Source: Thermodesulfobacteriota bacterium (GTDB taxonomy: Bacteria > Desulfobacterota > Desulfarculia > JACQYL01). From it: a DNA stretch of 64,000 bases. Positions within the stretch are counted from its first letter, which is position 1, and every line of letters starts with the position of its first letter. The notes under the pieces are model-generated. The model was given only the letters and a program-made list of their open reading frames with translations, was not told the DNA's origin and did not search any database. The DNA lies in contig CAXXLZ010000002.1 in the NCBI GenBank assembly GCA_963675595.2, forward strand, positions 1,728,001 through 1,792,000, written 5' to 3'. Of this stretch, positions 39,296-50,475 are shown piece after piece. Both the position numbers and the translations under genes were made by a program.

Positions 39296-42200
39296 TTGTC
39301 CATGCGCGTTACACAAAACATGCTTTACCAGAATTCGTTGAGCGCCATCCTGAGAAATCAGGAAAAAGTTCTGGACTACCAGAACCAGGTCAACACTCAG
39401 AAGCGGGTCAATCAAGCTTCCGACGGTCCCCTGGATATGAGCAGAGTTCTCGCTCTCAGGGAGGAGCTTTCCGCCACGGTGCAATACGAGAGGAACATCT
39501 CCAAGGCGACGTCCTGGCTCACCGCCACGGAAACGGCACTGCAGGAGGTCACCGATCTGGTCAGAGGCGCAAGAACATTGGCCCTTGCCCAGGCCAACGG
39601 GACCCAAAGCGACGACAGCCGTGAAACAGCCATCGAGGAGGTTCTGGGAATCATCGACAGCCTCATCAACCTGGGCAACACCCAGGTGGGCAACTCGTAC
39701 ATTTTCGGCGGCACCAGAACCACGGTGACTCCCTTTAATTCGGACGGCACCTACAACGGCAACGGCAGCTCCATCCTTTCCGAGATCAACAAAGCGATCT
39801 TCGAACAGATCAATGTCGCGGGAAGTCAATTTCTGGTAGCGGATCTGAACCCGGACATCTCCGAGCCTCACAGCAGCTCGGGCAAACTCGCCTATGAATA
39901 CAGTGGAAGCGCCTCGGGCCAACGCGCCCAACTGAGCAACTGGGTGGTCTCGTCCCCTGAAGACAACTACACCTACGACTTCACGGTTACTCTGGACGAC
40001 GGAACGGAGCGCAAGATTTCCTACACCACGGACGCCTCCGCCACTCAGGACGAATTGGGCAGAGGCTTGGTGCGTGCCGTCGAGCAAGACGACGTATTGG
40101 GAGACGAAATCCAGGCCGATTACGAGGACGGCGTTCTGACCCTGACGGCCGTTTCGAGGGATTCGAGTGCGGGTTCCTACCGATTGCGAAGCGTCATCAG
40201 TCCGTTCAGCACCACCCATTCTCAATTCTCCGCAAGCTCGCAGGAGATGAAATCCAATTTCGTTTTCAACTCCACCAATTCCACCCTCAAATTCACTGAG
40301 ACGGGTTACGGGCTGGAAAACACCATTGCGGATCCTCCTTCGGGGACTTCCTTCTCTCTGACTTTCGGAATGGGAGACATCACGGAGACCGTGGAGGTGT
40401 CCTATGCCGCGGCGCCTTCGGGAGACGCGTTGGGCGCCGACTTGGCACAAGCCGTCAACGAGAACACCACATTGTCGGAATGGCTGCACGCATCCTACGA
40501 TGAGGACACCAACCAATTCGTCGTTGTAGCCAAAACCGGCGTGTCGGGAGCCGACGACTTCACCGTGACCCAGGGCAGCGGTGCGGTATTCGACGCTGCG
40601 GCGACGTTGGAGACCGAGTTCGATCTAAAGACCTTCGAGCTGACCACGAACATCATCGAAGACAGCGGTGCGGTGAGTGGAGTGGCGTACGGAGGTCAGG
40701 ACACGGCGAAGTTCTTGAACGAGGCTCTGGAAGCAACAAGCGCGGCTTATGGATTTTCCCTCTCCTATGACGTCGAATTCGATTTCGTGGATGATCAGGA
40801 AACCAAGAACCGTTTCACCATCACGAACGTCTCATCCAACGATTCCACCGTGGAACTGCTGTGGTCCGATCCGGACAGCAGTATCCGTGAAACACTGGGA
40901 TTTGCCGCTTTGGACTCATCCGACCTCGTCCCCGGGGACGCGGACACGAGCGAAGGTCAAGTGGAGTTCAACATTCTCGAAAATGTCAACGACCGATTCC
41001 GTATCAACGTGGACGGAGGCGGTTTCGTAACCATCGTTCTGACACCGGGCGCCTACACGGCCAAGGAACTGGCGGACCATATCCAGAGCACGGTGAACTC
41101 GAATCCCGCGGCGGGAGACGTTTGGGTCACCTTCTCTGAGGCCGATGGAGGTCAATTCACGTTCACCTCCAAGAGTTCCGGCACGTCTTCCACGGTGCGC
41201 TTGATGGCCGGTGAGGGCGCGGAAAGAGAGTCGGACTTTTTGAGGACCATCGGTTTCGCCTCGGAAGCGGGTCTCTCCGTAACGCCCTCGGTGATTACGG
41301 GTTCCGGATCGGTGGACGGTTTCGACGTTTTGAACCTGGAGCCGTTCGAAAACCCGGAAGCTCACGAAATTGAGTTGATCTACAGTTCGGACCCTGCGGG
41401 TTCTCCTTTAGAATGGCATGTGACCACCGACGGCGGCTACCTGAATCTGAGCGTGGTCGAATCCGACGATGAATCCGTCGAACTGGATTTCGACGGCGAC
41501 GGCGCATCGGACCTGCGTTTGAACATCAGCGGCGCTTGGTCTTCCGGGGATGTGGTTTCGGTGGAATTATCCAGAAGCTATCGCGAAAGCGTGGCCGTTG
41601 AAGACGGCACGGACTCCGTGTTCCTGAAGGACCTCAACGGCGGCCAAGGCATTGGAATGAGCCCCCCCGTGTCGTTCACCGTGGACGCTTTCAACGACAC
41701 GATTCAATACGTCGACGACGGCGCGTCGCTTTCGCTGCAAATACCCGCCGGTGACTACACGGGTGAAGAGTTGGCCGAAGTTCTGGAAGGGCAGTTCGGT
41801 TCCGGATATACGGTGAGCTATTCGGACGGACGATTTTCGATCCTGAAAGACGGCGGCACCCTCACGCTTGACTGGAACGACCCCAACTCGACCGCCATCG
41901 GGCTGTTGGGATTCGAGGCACAAGCGGCGTCGGGCGCCCTTGCCTACACCAGCGATTACCCGGTGGAAACCATCCATTTGAGCGTCATGGATCGGGCGGG
42001 CAACGAAGCCCAAGTGGATATGGCCGCCTTTGAGGTGATCGGCTCGGGGGCCGATCAGAACAACGGTATCTACTTCGCCGATGCCGGAGTGACCATCAGG
42101 ATTCCTCCGGGATATTACACCGGAGATCAACTAGCCTCGGTCATCGAAAGCCGTTTGGAGTACTATGCTCCCGGAAACGACGACTATTCGGTCACCTTTC

Positions 42201-43591
42201 GCGACGGCACATTTTCGGTCACCAACAACAGCGGCAATCCCTTCGAAATATCCATGGCCTTCGGCACCAGTGCAGCAGATCTTCTGGGATTCGATGATAC
42301 CTCTCTCTATTCCGGTGAACAGTCCTATACATCTGAAACGGTGATCCCGGAACTTACGATAAACGATCTTCTCGAACGCATGAATTCGGATTTCGCCGAC
42401 GCGGGCGTAAAAATCACCGCATCCGTCAATAAGAACGGTAACGGAATCGAGTTGGTGGACACCAACGCGGCTAAAGACCGAATCGTCAACATGCGTGTAT
42501 TCGAATCCGAATCCGCCTCGGACCTCGGGATTTATAAAGAGGACCGATTGATCACCATCGACGATCGAACGAATACGATCTACTTCACCTCCCCCGCCGG
42601 CAGCGGAGGCATTACCTATAAAGCGGAGATCAACCCGGGGACATACAACGGCAATGACATGGCCGCGGCCATCAAGACGGCCATGGAACAGGCGGTGAAC
42701 ATCGACGACCTCACCGACCTGACGACTCTGGACTTCGAAGTGGAGTACCTGCCGGAGCGCGGCGTTTTCTCCATTGTTCCTTCCGGGGAGGCGGAGTTCC
42801 ACTGGGTTTCGGGGGCTCCGGACGGGGAAGGCTCCAAAGCCGCCTCGGTGTTGGGAATCACCGAAGATTGGGTCTTCTCCGGAGCCGGTCCGTTCATACC
42901 GCAATATTCCAATGAAACCGCGGGGTCCGAGGGCATTGCAGGAACCATCGTCGGCACCGACCTGAACCCGGTTCTGACCGGCTACACCGGAATCGGCGAC
43001 CTGTATGAGGGCAAAGGACTCGACCTGGGGACCATCACCATTGTCAACGGAGAGAAGGAAACCTCCGTCGACCTCTCCGGAGTCAATAACATCCAAGAAC
43101 TCATGGAGCGAATCAACTCGGCGGACGTGGGCGTGCGGGCCGTTTTCAATTCAAGGCAGAGCGCGCTTAAGATCGAGAGTCTGGTTGACGGAACCGTGCC
43201 TGTGGTGTTAAGCGAAGGAGATGATGATACGGCTCAACTCCTGGGGCTTTCCGCCGGGTACGACCTGCTGGAAACCATGAACGATTTCGCACGAGCCCTG
43301 GAAGAAAACGACGCAAACGCGCTGCAGAATGTTGTGGCGAGTCTGGACGCAAGCCTGGAGCGGCTTGAGAATTACCTGGGCGACACGGGATCACGATTGA
43401 TCAACGTGGAAGAAACAACGTCCTATCTTCAGGAGTATACCCTGAATGTCGAGACGCTGTTGACCGATACCGAGGGTGTGGACGCCACCGAAGCCATCAC
43501 CCGTTTGCTCAACCAGGAGTATGCCTACGAGGCCGCGCTGCAGACGACGGCCAATCTTCTTTCCGTCAGCTTGTTGAACTACTTGAGCTGA
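39296..43591 (+). CDS. flgL: Flagellar hook-associated protein 3, greatly enlarged (1431 aa)
   Basis: MRVTQNM, KRVNQASD.P, N....G.YIFGG N-terminus; D.TEAIT...QE.AYEAALQ...SLLNYL C-terminus; between flgK and csrA. Confidence 0.88.
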   Translation: MSMRVTQNMLYQNSLSAILRNQEKVLDYQNQVNTQKRVNQASDGPLDMSRVLALREELSATVQYERNISKATSWLTATETALQEVTDLVRGARTLALAQANGTQSDDSRETAIEEVLGIIDSLINLGNTQVGNSYIFGGTRTTVTPFNSDGTYNGNGSSILSEINKAIFEQINVAGSQFLVADLNPDISEPHSSSGKLAYEYSGSASGQRAQLSNWVVSSPEDNYTYDFTVTLDDGTERKISYTTDASATQDELGRGLVRAVEQDDVLGDEIQADYEDGVLTLTAVSRDSSAGSYRLRSVISPFSTTHSQFSASSQEMKSNFVFNSTNSTLKFTETGYGLENTIADPPSGTSFSLTFGMGDITETVEVSYAAAPSGDALGADLAQAVNENTTLSEWLHASYDEDTNQFVVVAKTGVSGADDFTVTQGSGAVFDAAATLETEFDLKTFELTTNIIEDSGAVSGVAYGGQDTAKFLNEALEATSAAYGFSLSYDVEFDFVDDQETKNRFTITNVSSNDSTVELLWSDPDSSIRETLGFAALDSSDLVPGDADTSEGQVEFNILENVNDRFRINVDGGGFVTIVLTPGAYTAKELADHIQSTVNSNPAAGDVWVTFSEADGGQFTFTSKSSGTSSTVRLMAGEGAERESDFLRTIGFASEAGLSVTPSVITGSGSVDGFDVLNLEPFENPEAHEIELIYSSDPAGSPLEWHVTTDGGYLNLSVVESDDESVELDFDGDGASDLRLNISGAWSSGDVVSVELSRSYRESVAVEDGTDSVFLKDLNGGQGIGMSPPVSFTVDAFNDTIQYVDDGASLSLQIPAGDYTGEELAEVLEGQFGSGYTVSYSDGRFSILKDGGTLTLDWNDPNSTAIGLLGFEAQAASGALAYTSDYPVETIHLSVMDRAGNEAQVDMAAFEVIGSGADQNNGIYFADAGVTIRIPPGYYTGDQLASVIESRLEYYAPGNDDYSVTFRDGTFSVTNNSGNPFEISMAFGTSAADLLGFDDTSLYSGEQSYTSETVIPELTINDLLERMNSDFADAGVKITASVNKNGNGIELVDTNAAKDRIVNMRVFESESASDLGIYKEDRLITIDDRTNTIYFTSPAGSGGITYKAEINPGTYNGNDMAAAIKTAMEQAVNIDDLTDLTTLDFEVEYLPERGVFSIVPSGEAEFHWVSGAPDGEGSKAASVLGITEDWVFSGAGPFIPQYSNETAGSEGIAGTIVGTDLNPVLTGYTGIGDLYEGKGLDLGTITIVNGEKETSVDLSGVNNIQELMERINSADVGVRAVFNSRQSALKIESLVDGTVPVVLSEGDDDTAQLLGLSAGYDLLETMNDFARALEENDANALQNVVASLDASLERLENYLGDTGSRLINVEETTSYLQEYTLNVETLLTDTEGVDATEAITRLLNQEYAYEAALQTTANLLSVSLLNYLS

Positions 43592-43723
43592 CGGTGTCTT
43601 TTCAAGTAAAACCCGGCGGAGGGGAATCAGCCGGTCTCACAGCCTGAGCCGTGAGGCGCCCCTGCTTGTCCCCTGAGAAGCGGGTGTTGCGCATACGAGC
43701 ACAACGGGCCGCGGGGGACAAAG

Positions 43724-43984
43724 TTGCTTGTACTAACCCGAAAACCTGGCCAAACCATCACCATTGGTGACGACATCAAGGTCACCATTATGGAAATCAA
43801 AGGCGGGCAAGTAAAACTCGGCGTGGAAGCGCCTAAGAACATCGCCGTCTATCGAGAGGAAGTCTACCTCAAAGTGCAGCAGGAAAACGTGATCGCGGCA
43901 CAAGCCGGCGTTCCGGACCTGAAGCGCATACAGGAAGCCTGGTTGAAACAGAAGACTAAAAAGGGCGGCGGCGATGAAATTTGA
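43724..43984 (+). CDS. csrA: Carbon storage regulator CsrA
   Basis: MLVLTRKPGQTITIGDDI, VKLGVEAP, VYREE; C-terminal extension typical of FliW-regulated CsrA. Confidence 0.95.
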   Translation: MLVLTRKPGQTITIGDDIKVTIMEIKGGQVKLGVEAPKNIAVYREEVYLKVQQENVIAAQAGVPDLKRIQEAWLKQKTKKGGGDEI

Positions 43985-44396
43985 GACCTCTCGATTCGGT
44001 CAAGTCGACGTCCGCGAAGACGGAATCATCCACATAAAGGATGGGATTCTTGGATTCCCTGAAGATCGCAGATTCTGTCTGTTGGAACTAGACACGGTTG
44101 GCCCTTTTAAGTGGCTTCAATCATTGGATAATTCCAATCTCGCGTTTGTAATTATCGACCCCAGGCTGTTCATCAAGGAATACGCCGTGGCCTTGGAGCC
44201 CGAGGAGGCGGAAGCCATCTCGGTGGAAGACCCGGGCGAGTGCATGGTTTACTGCATTGTGACCATCGGTTCCGATCCCTCCAACGTCACCGCGAATCTT
44301 GCGGGTCCCATTGTCATCAACGCCAGGACCCGTCAGGCGAAACAAGTAGTTCTCGTGGATTCCGGTTATTCCGTACGTCATAGGATACTGGATTGA
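43974..44396 (+). CDS. fliW: Flagellar assembly factor FliW
   Basis: TSRFG, GILGF, WLQS, F.IIDP, TANL.GPIVIN, Q.VL. Confidence 0.95.
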   Translation: MKFETSRFGQVDVREDGIIHIKDGILGFPEDRRFCLLELDTVGPFKWLQSLDNSNLAFVIIDPRLFIKEYAVALEPEEAEAISVEDPGECMVYCIVTIGSDPSNVTANLAGPIVINARTRQAKQVVLVDSGYSVRHRILD

Positions 44397-44405
44397 GGTT
44401 TCGGC

Positions 44406-45320
44406 ATGATCGAGTATGTCGTTCAGAAAGGCGACACCATCGCCTCGATCACTCAACGTTTCGGCGTCACCTGGGACCGGCTTCGTAACACCAACCCCCA
44501 TGCCGTGGGGCGTCTGGAAAGTAACGGTCGCTGGTTTCTCAGAGAGAACGAAACGCTCACCCTCGACGGCGTCCCTCTGTCCGAACCCATCGGGACCTTC
44601 ACCGATGAGCTCGAAACCTGTGAGAGAGAAACCACCCTTCAAGTCCGGCCCGGCGATACGTTGTGGAGCCTTTCCAAGAAACACGGCGTCAGCGTGGACG
44701 CCATCGCCCGAGCCAACTCCATTAAGGACCCGAATACGATTTTCGCGGGTGATCTGCTCCGCATTCCTCTTGAAGAAAGCCCATCGGATTCCTTGCCCTC
44801 CGAGTCCGATGAAGTAGCGACCGCGGCCGCCTCTCCCAACGAAAATACCCCGGAGACGGTATTGGAGGCCGAAGCTCTCCCGTCTCAGGAGCCGTGGCTC
44901 GAAGACATCGGTGGAGACATCTTCCCCATGCCCCTGTACGAAGCCATGACCTCCGAGAAATCCAACGCCGTCGCTTCAACAGAGGAATCGACCGGTGCCT
45001 CGAACCAAGTCGCCGCCGCAAAGACGGTTTCTGATGAATCCTCGGAAACCTCGGAAGACGAATTCCATTTTCCACGCCTGCCGGTGGGCATTCCCGGCCT
45101 GACCTCAGAAAAAAACATTGAGTGGGGTCCCGTGTCTTTGTCGGGTCATTGCCCCGAAGGTACGGAGGAAAGGCAACTTCGTCTTCAGTACCGCCACTCA
45201 TCGAACCTCGAATCCTATCTGGGTGTGGGGCTGAAACGATATCGCCGCGACCCGGACGTCGACCCCTCGACCGAGTCTCCGGAGGTTTCCGTGCTTGTCG
45301 GATTCAAAGTGACATTCTGA
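44406..45320 (+). CDS. LysM-domain protein
   Basis: YVVQKGDTIASI and VRPGDTLWSLSKKHGVSV.AI.RAN.I.DPN.I..G..LRIP; acidic linker. Confidence 0.85.
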   Translation: MIEYVVQKGDTIASITQRFGVTWDRLRNTNPHAVGRLESNGRWFLRENETLTLDGVPLSEPIGTFTDELETCERETTLQVRPGDTLWSLSKKHGVSVDAIARANSIKDPNTIFAGDLLRIPLEESPSDSLPSESDEVATAAASPNENTPETVLEAEALPSQEPWLEDIGGDIFPMPLYEAMTSEKSNAVASTEESTGASNQVAAAKTVSDESSETSEDEFHFPRLPVGIPGLTSEKNIEWGPVSLSGHCPEGTEERQLRLQYRHSSNLESYLGVGLKRYRRDPDVDPSTESPEVSVLVGFKVTF

Positions 45321-45696
45321 CCTCCCCGTGGTCCGTGCTCCGAACCTCCTCCATAAACGTCGAGCCGAACACCCCTCCCTGTAGCCCCTCGCCGCCGTCT
45401 CGGATCCCGACGGGCCGTTCGGAATTGAACCCACCGACACGTCATGGTATGAGTAATTGAATTTTATCTTCGGCCGCCGACCTTGGCACTATTTTCGTTT
45501 TGCGGCCTTCTTCCGTTGACGAATCCGTTCACGTTTCCGGGGGATTGGTTCGTTCTATCACATCCGGATTTTCCTCGGCTCGGCACGGCTGAACGCATCG
45601 CGCAGCCCAGCTAGGGATAATCCATGCACTCGTAACCGGATCATCGGTATTCGGCTTTCCTGGGGAATGACCGAGTAACGGGGTTCGGAATCCGGC

Positions 45697-47190
<1,494 letters not shown>

Positions 47191-47226
47191 ATCCGGCGCT
47201 TGTAGCGGCCGGCAGGGAGACACGTT

Positions 47227-49818
47227 TTGAGGATCGCTTTGCTCAGGACGTCGGACAGCTTTGTCATCCACGAACTTGCCAAAGCGGTCCGGAGCCGAGG
47301 GCACACTCTCAGGGAAATTCATTTCGACACCCGAAAAGAGGCCGGCCAGGAATGGGTATTATACGACTATCGCAAGTTTCTGGATGAGGTTTTCACTTTC
47401 AAACCCCAGCTGGTGCTGTCTCTGAACCACCGCGGGCTCAACGACCACGGCGGAAAGATATCACGACTCCTGTCCTTGCTGAAAATCCCCATGTTCTCAT
47501 GGCACCTGGATAGTCCTTTCTGGAATCTGGAACCCATCCTTCTTACGGACAGCCCCTACCTCACGGTATTCTGTTTCGATCGCTCATACACCGAGCCCTT
47601 AGCGCACCTCCTGAAAGAAGCCGATGTGGCTTATCTGCCCAACGCCACGGACCCCGACCTTTTCAAGCCTCTTCCGAAAAAGCATCGAGATCGCTTCGAC
47701 CTCACTTTTGTCGGAAGTCTATGTCTGAAGACCTTCCGCAAGTTGGCCGGAAAGACGCTGGGTGTTCCACGCGATCGATTTACGGAGGTGGAGTCCTTCC
47801 TCGATGAAAATCTGGAAGCCTCGTTCTCCCTGCCCGAGTTGGCCACCAAGGCCCGAGATCGGTTTCCCGACGCCCCGCAGGACCCGGACCAGGACGCCGT
47901 GTGCCGGCTGGCGGACGAATACGAAGCCTATCGATATCGGGCACGCGCCATCACCCAGTTGCGCGACCTCAGCCTCCGTGTTTACGGTTTCGACGACTGG
48001 CTCGAAATCGTCGACCCGGAACAATTTGGCGGATGGGCCGAATATTATTCCGATCTTCCCGGTATCTACGGTTCTTCCCGAATCAATCTCAATCTATCTC
48101 GCCCGCAAGTTCGTGCGGGTCTCAATCAGCGTTTCTTCGACGTTCCGGCCGCCGAAGGCTTTTTATTGACGGATTTCCGTGAAGGGCTTCTGGAAGTATT
48201 TCCGGAAGAAGGGGAGATCGCCGTCTTTCGGGGGGAGGAAGACCTGAAACGTCAGGTCGAATGGTTTCTGTCTCATCCCGAACACCGGACACGCATGGCC
48301 AAACGAGCCCGAGAGCGGGTACTCGAAGGCCACACGTACGCACACCGAATCGACGAAATGGAACGGCACTTCAAGACGTTGGGGCCCCTCCTCAAAGGAA
48401 GGGACTTCTCCTACCTCCTGCGGTTCTGGCGTGAGGACCGGGGATTCGCCGAATCCTGTCGTATGCTGGGCCAGTTCCTTTTTCACGCCGGTGACTTCCG
48501 AGGGGGCCGTTTTCTATACGAGCAACTCGATCGGATGGGAAAGGCCGACGGCGAGGTATGGCTGCGGCTCGGGGCCATCGCTTCGAGCGAGGGAGACGTT
48601 GAGACCAGCGAGGCCTACCTGTGCCGATGCTTCGACACGGATCCGGACAGCGCCGTAGCACACTCCGTGGCCGGCGTTAACGCCGAGAAGCTGGGACATT
48701 CCGCTGAAGCGCTGGCCCATTTCCGCCGATCCATCGACCTGGGCAACGCCGACCCCAATGTGCCGAATCGAGCCGCAGCCTTAAGAGAGAAACTGCAGCC
48801 GCCCATTGCCGTTGATCCTTCCCGGCCCGGTATCGCTTTTGCGCTGGATCAGGCAAACCTGCCGTTCGGCGGCGTTCGGGTAATCCTTGAATACGTTGAC
48901 CGCCTCGCCGAACGAGGGTACCGGGTCTTTCTCCTCACCCGCCGTCCCCAGTACTCGGACTGGTTTCCCCTGCGGGTGCCCGTCGTTCCCAAGGAGCATT
49001 GGGAACAAACGTTGAACGACGTCGAAGCCGTTGTTTTCAGCCAGCATGAGCTGTACAACCACATCCCCGCACGGCACGGGCTGAAGCGCATTTTCCTGGC
49101 TCAGCACTTCTTTTCCGACGCCGGGGACCAAACACGGGCGCACCGTACCTTTTCCGATCTGTCCGTCACGCTGGTTTCCGTCTCCCGTCATGTGCGGGAC
49201 GCCGTCGAAAGCGAGATGAACCGATCATCGTTGCTGATTCACAGCGGAGTCAACCGGGATCTGTTTCATCCCAGACCTGAACTTAAGCGTGTCGCCTCCG
49301 GACCGAAAATTCTTTTCTGCTATTCCGCCAATCCCCTCAAAGGAGCGGAGCACGGCATGGAGGTCATGAAGCGGATCAAGGAGGACCAGCCGAACGTTCA
49401 GCTCCGAATGTTCGGTTTCGGGCTGAGGCCCAAAGCGGAGTTCGACTTCGAATATTTCAGATTGCCGGAGCAGGAAGCGCTCGCCCGTTTGTACGCGGAT
49501 TCCGATGTATTTCTGTCCACGTCCCGCAGCGAAGGATTCGGCCTGCCTTGTTTGGAGGCCATGGCTTCGGGTTGCGCCGTGGTTTCCACGCGCAACGGCG
49601 GCAACGCCGATTTTTGCGTACACGGAGAAAACGCTCTTCTGTGCGACTACGGAGATACGGATGAGATGGCGCGTCTTGCCGCCGGGCTACTTTACGACGC
49701 GGACCTTCAAGCAAGACTCACCGAGCGCGGCCTTGAGACCGCCCTTCGATTCTCATGGGACCGGAGCGTGGACCGCATGGAAGAAGTGTGTACGTCCGCC
49801 CACCCCTCCGACGGTTGA
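47227..49818 (+). CDS. Multidomain glycosyltransferase (CgeB/DUF3880-like + TPR + GT4)
   Basis: SRINLN, NQRFFDVPA..GFLLTD, HTY.HR; TPR middle; GG.R, EGFGLPCLEAMASG; TTG start with GGGAG RBS. Confidence 0.85.
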   Translation: MRIALLRTSDSFVIHELAKAVRSRGHTLREIHFDTRKEAGQEWVLYDYRKFLDEVFTFKPQLVLSLNHRGLNDHGGKISRLLSLLKIPMFSWHLDSPFWNLEPILLTDSPYLTVFCFDRSYTEPLAHLLKEADVAYLPNATDPDLFKPLPKKHRDRFDLTFVGSLCLKTFRKLAGKTLGVPRDRFTEVESFLDENLEASFSLPELATKARDRFPDAPQDPDQDAVCRLADEYEAYRYRARAITQLRDLSLRVYGFDDWLEIVDPEQFGGWAEYYSDLPGIYGSSRINLNLSRPQVRAGLNQRFFDVPAAEGFLLTDFREGLLEVFPEEGEIAVFRGEEDLKRQVEWFLSHPEHRTRMAKRARERVLEGHTYAHRIDEMERHFKTLGPLLKGRDFSYLLRFWREDRGFAESCRMLGQFLFHAGDFRGGRFLYEQLDRMGKADGEVWLRLGAIASSEGDVETSEAYLCRCFDTDPDSAVAHSVAGVNAEKLGHSAEALAHFRRSIDLGNADPNVPNRAAALREKLQPPIAVDPSRPGIAFALDQANLPFGGVRVILEYVDRLAERGYRVFLLTRRPQYSDWFPLRVPVVPKEHWEQTLNDVEAVVFSQHELYNHIPARHGLKRIFLAQHFFSDAGDQTRAHRTFSDLSVTLVSVSRHVRDAVESEMNRSSLLIHSGVNRDLFHPRPELKRVASGPKILFCYSANPLKGAEHGMEVMKRIKEDQPNVQLRMFGFGLRPKAEFDFEYFRLPEQEALARLYADSDVFLSTSRSEGFGLPCLEAMASGCAVVSTRNGGNADFCVHGENALLCDYGDTDEMARLAAGLLYDADLQARLTERGLETALRFSWDRSVDRMEEVCTSAHPSDG

Positions 49819-49986
49819 TACCCTGCGATCTTCATTTGCCCGGTTTCGCATTCCGGAAGATCGATTTTTTGCGACCACAAAGCCGGCTTCGATTTGGAGA
49901 GCCTTACGTAGGCCGACCCGGAGGCTTCATAGCCTCCTTGGAAAGGGAGGCCGAAACCCTCCGGAGCGGTCTTACGGCCTCTGCAA

Positions 49987-50134
49987 CAATCCGTTGAAAA
50001 AGGCCGTTTCGCAGGTTGGTGAAAGTCGAGACATGTCGAATGTGCCGATCCCGAGGACTCAAGGCGCACGTTGCGTACGTCCCGCCGACAAATGAGGAAG
50101 CGTAACGCCGCGGATCGCGTTTTTCACCAGCCTG
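49987..50134. mobile_element. MITE-like element copy 2 (148 bp, inverted relative to copy 1)
   Basis: CAATCCGTTGAAAAAGG...GATCGCGTTTTTCACCAGCCTG; colinear with the reverse complement of 5597-5746. Confidence 0.78.
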
Positions 50135-50212
50135 ATGATATGGCTGCACACGTCAATAGGGCGCAGAATTCTTCCGCCCCTTGTAACGTTGGGGTATGGC
50201 TACCATTTATGG

Positions 50213-50411
50213 AACTTCAACCTGCGGACAGAGGCGGAACCTGCATAGCGACGGTGGATCATGCTGATATTCGCGGGTTGGTTACCGCCGGACTTGGTTC
50301 GTCGCGGAGCTGCCTCTTTCTAGAGACGAGGGTTCGGCAGATGCCAGATCTCCTATCAGGTCACGAGGATTCTCCTTACCGCGGTTGCGCCCCTGCTCAC
50401 AGGTTGAAGCC
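50213..50411 (-). ncRNA. Putative bridge RNA/seekRNA of the IS110 element
   Basis: Long closing helix (CTTCAACCTGTG..GGGGCGCAACC with GGTTCCGCCTC..CGCAGGTTGAAG); contains CCTGATAG (target match) and ATATCAG (circle-junction match); boundaries approximate. Confidence 0.7.
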
Positions 50412-50475
50412 GGTGTTTTTCCCTTTTACAGTGCCGTCCTCCTTCCAAATCGAACGATATGGTGTTGATGTGAGG

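Noticed and set aside
45330-45450. tRNA or 6S RNA suggested by GGGTTCAATTCC on the minus strand
   Set aside because: No cloverleaf, acceptor stem or long 6S-like duplex could be built
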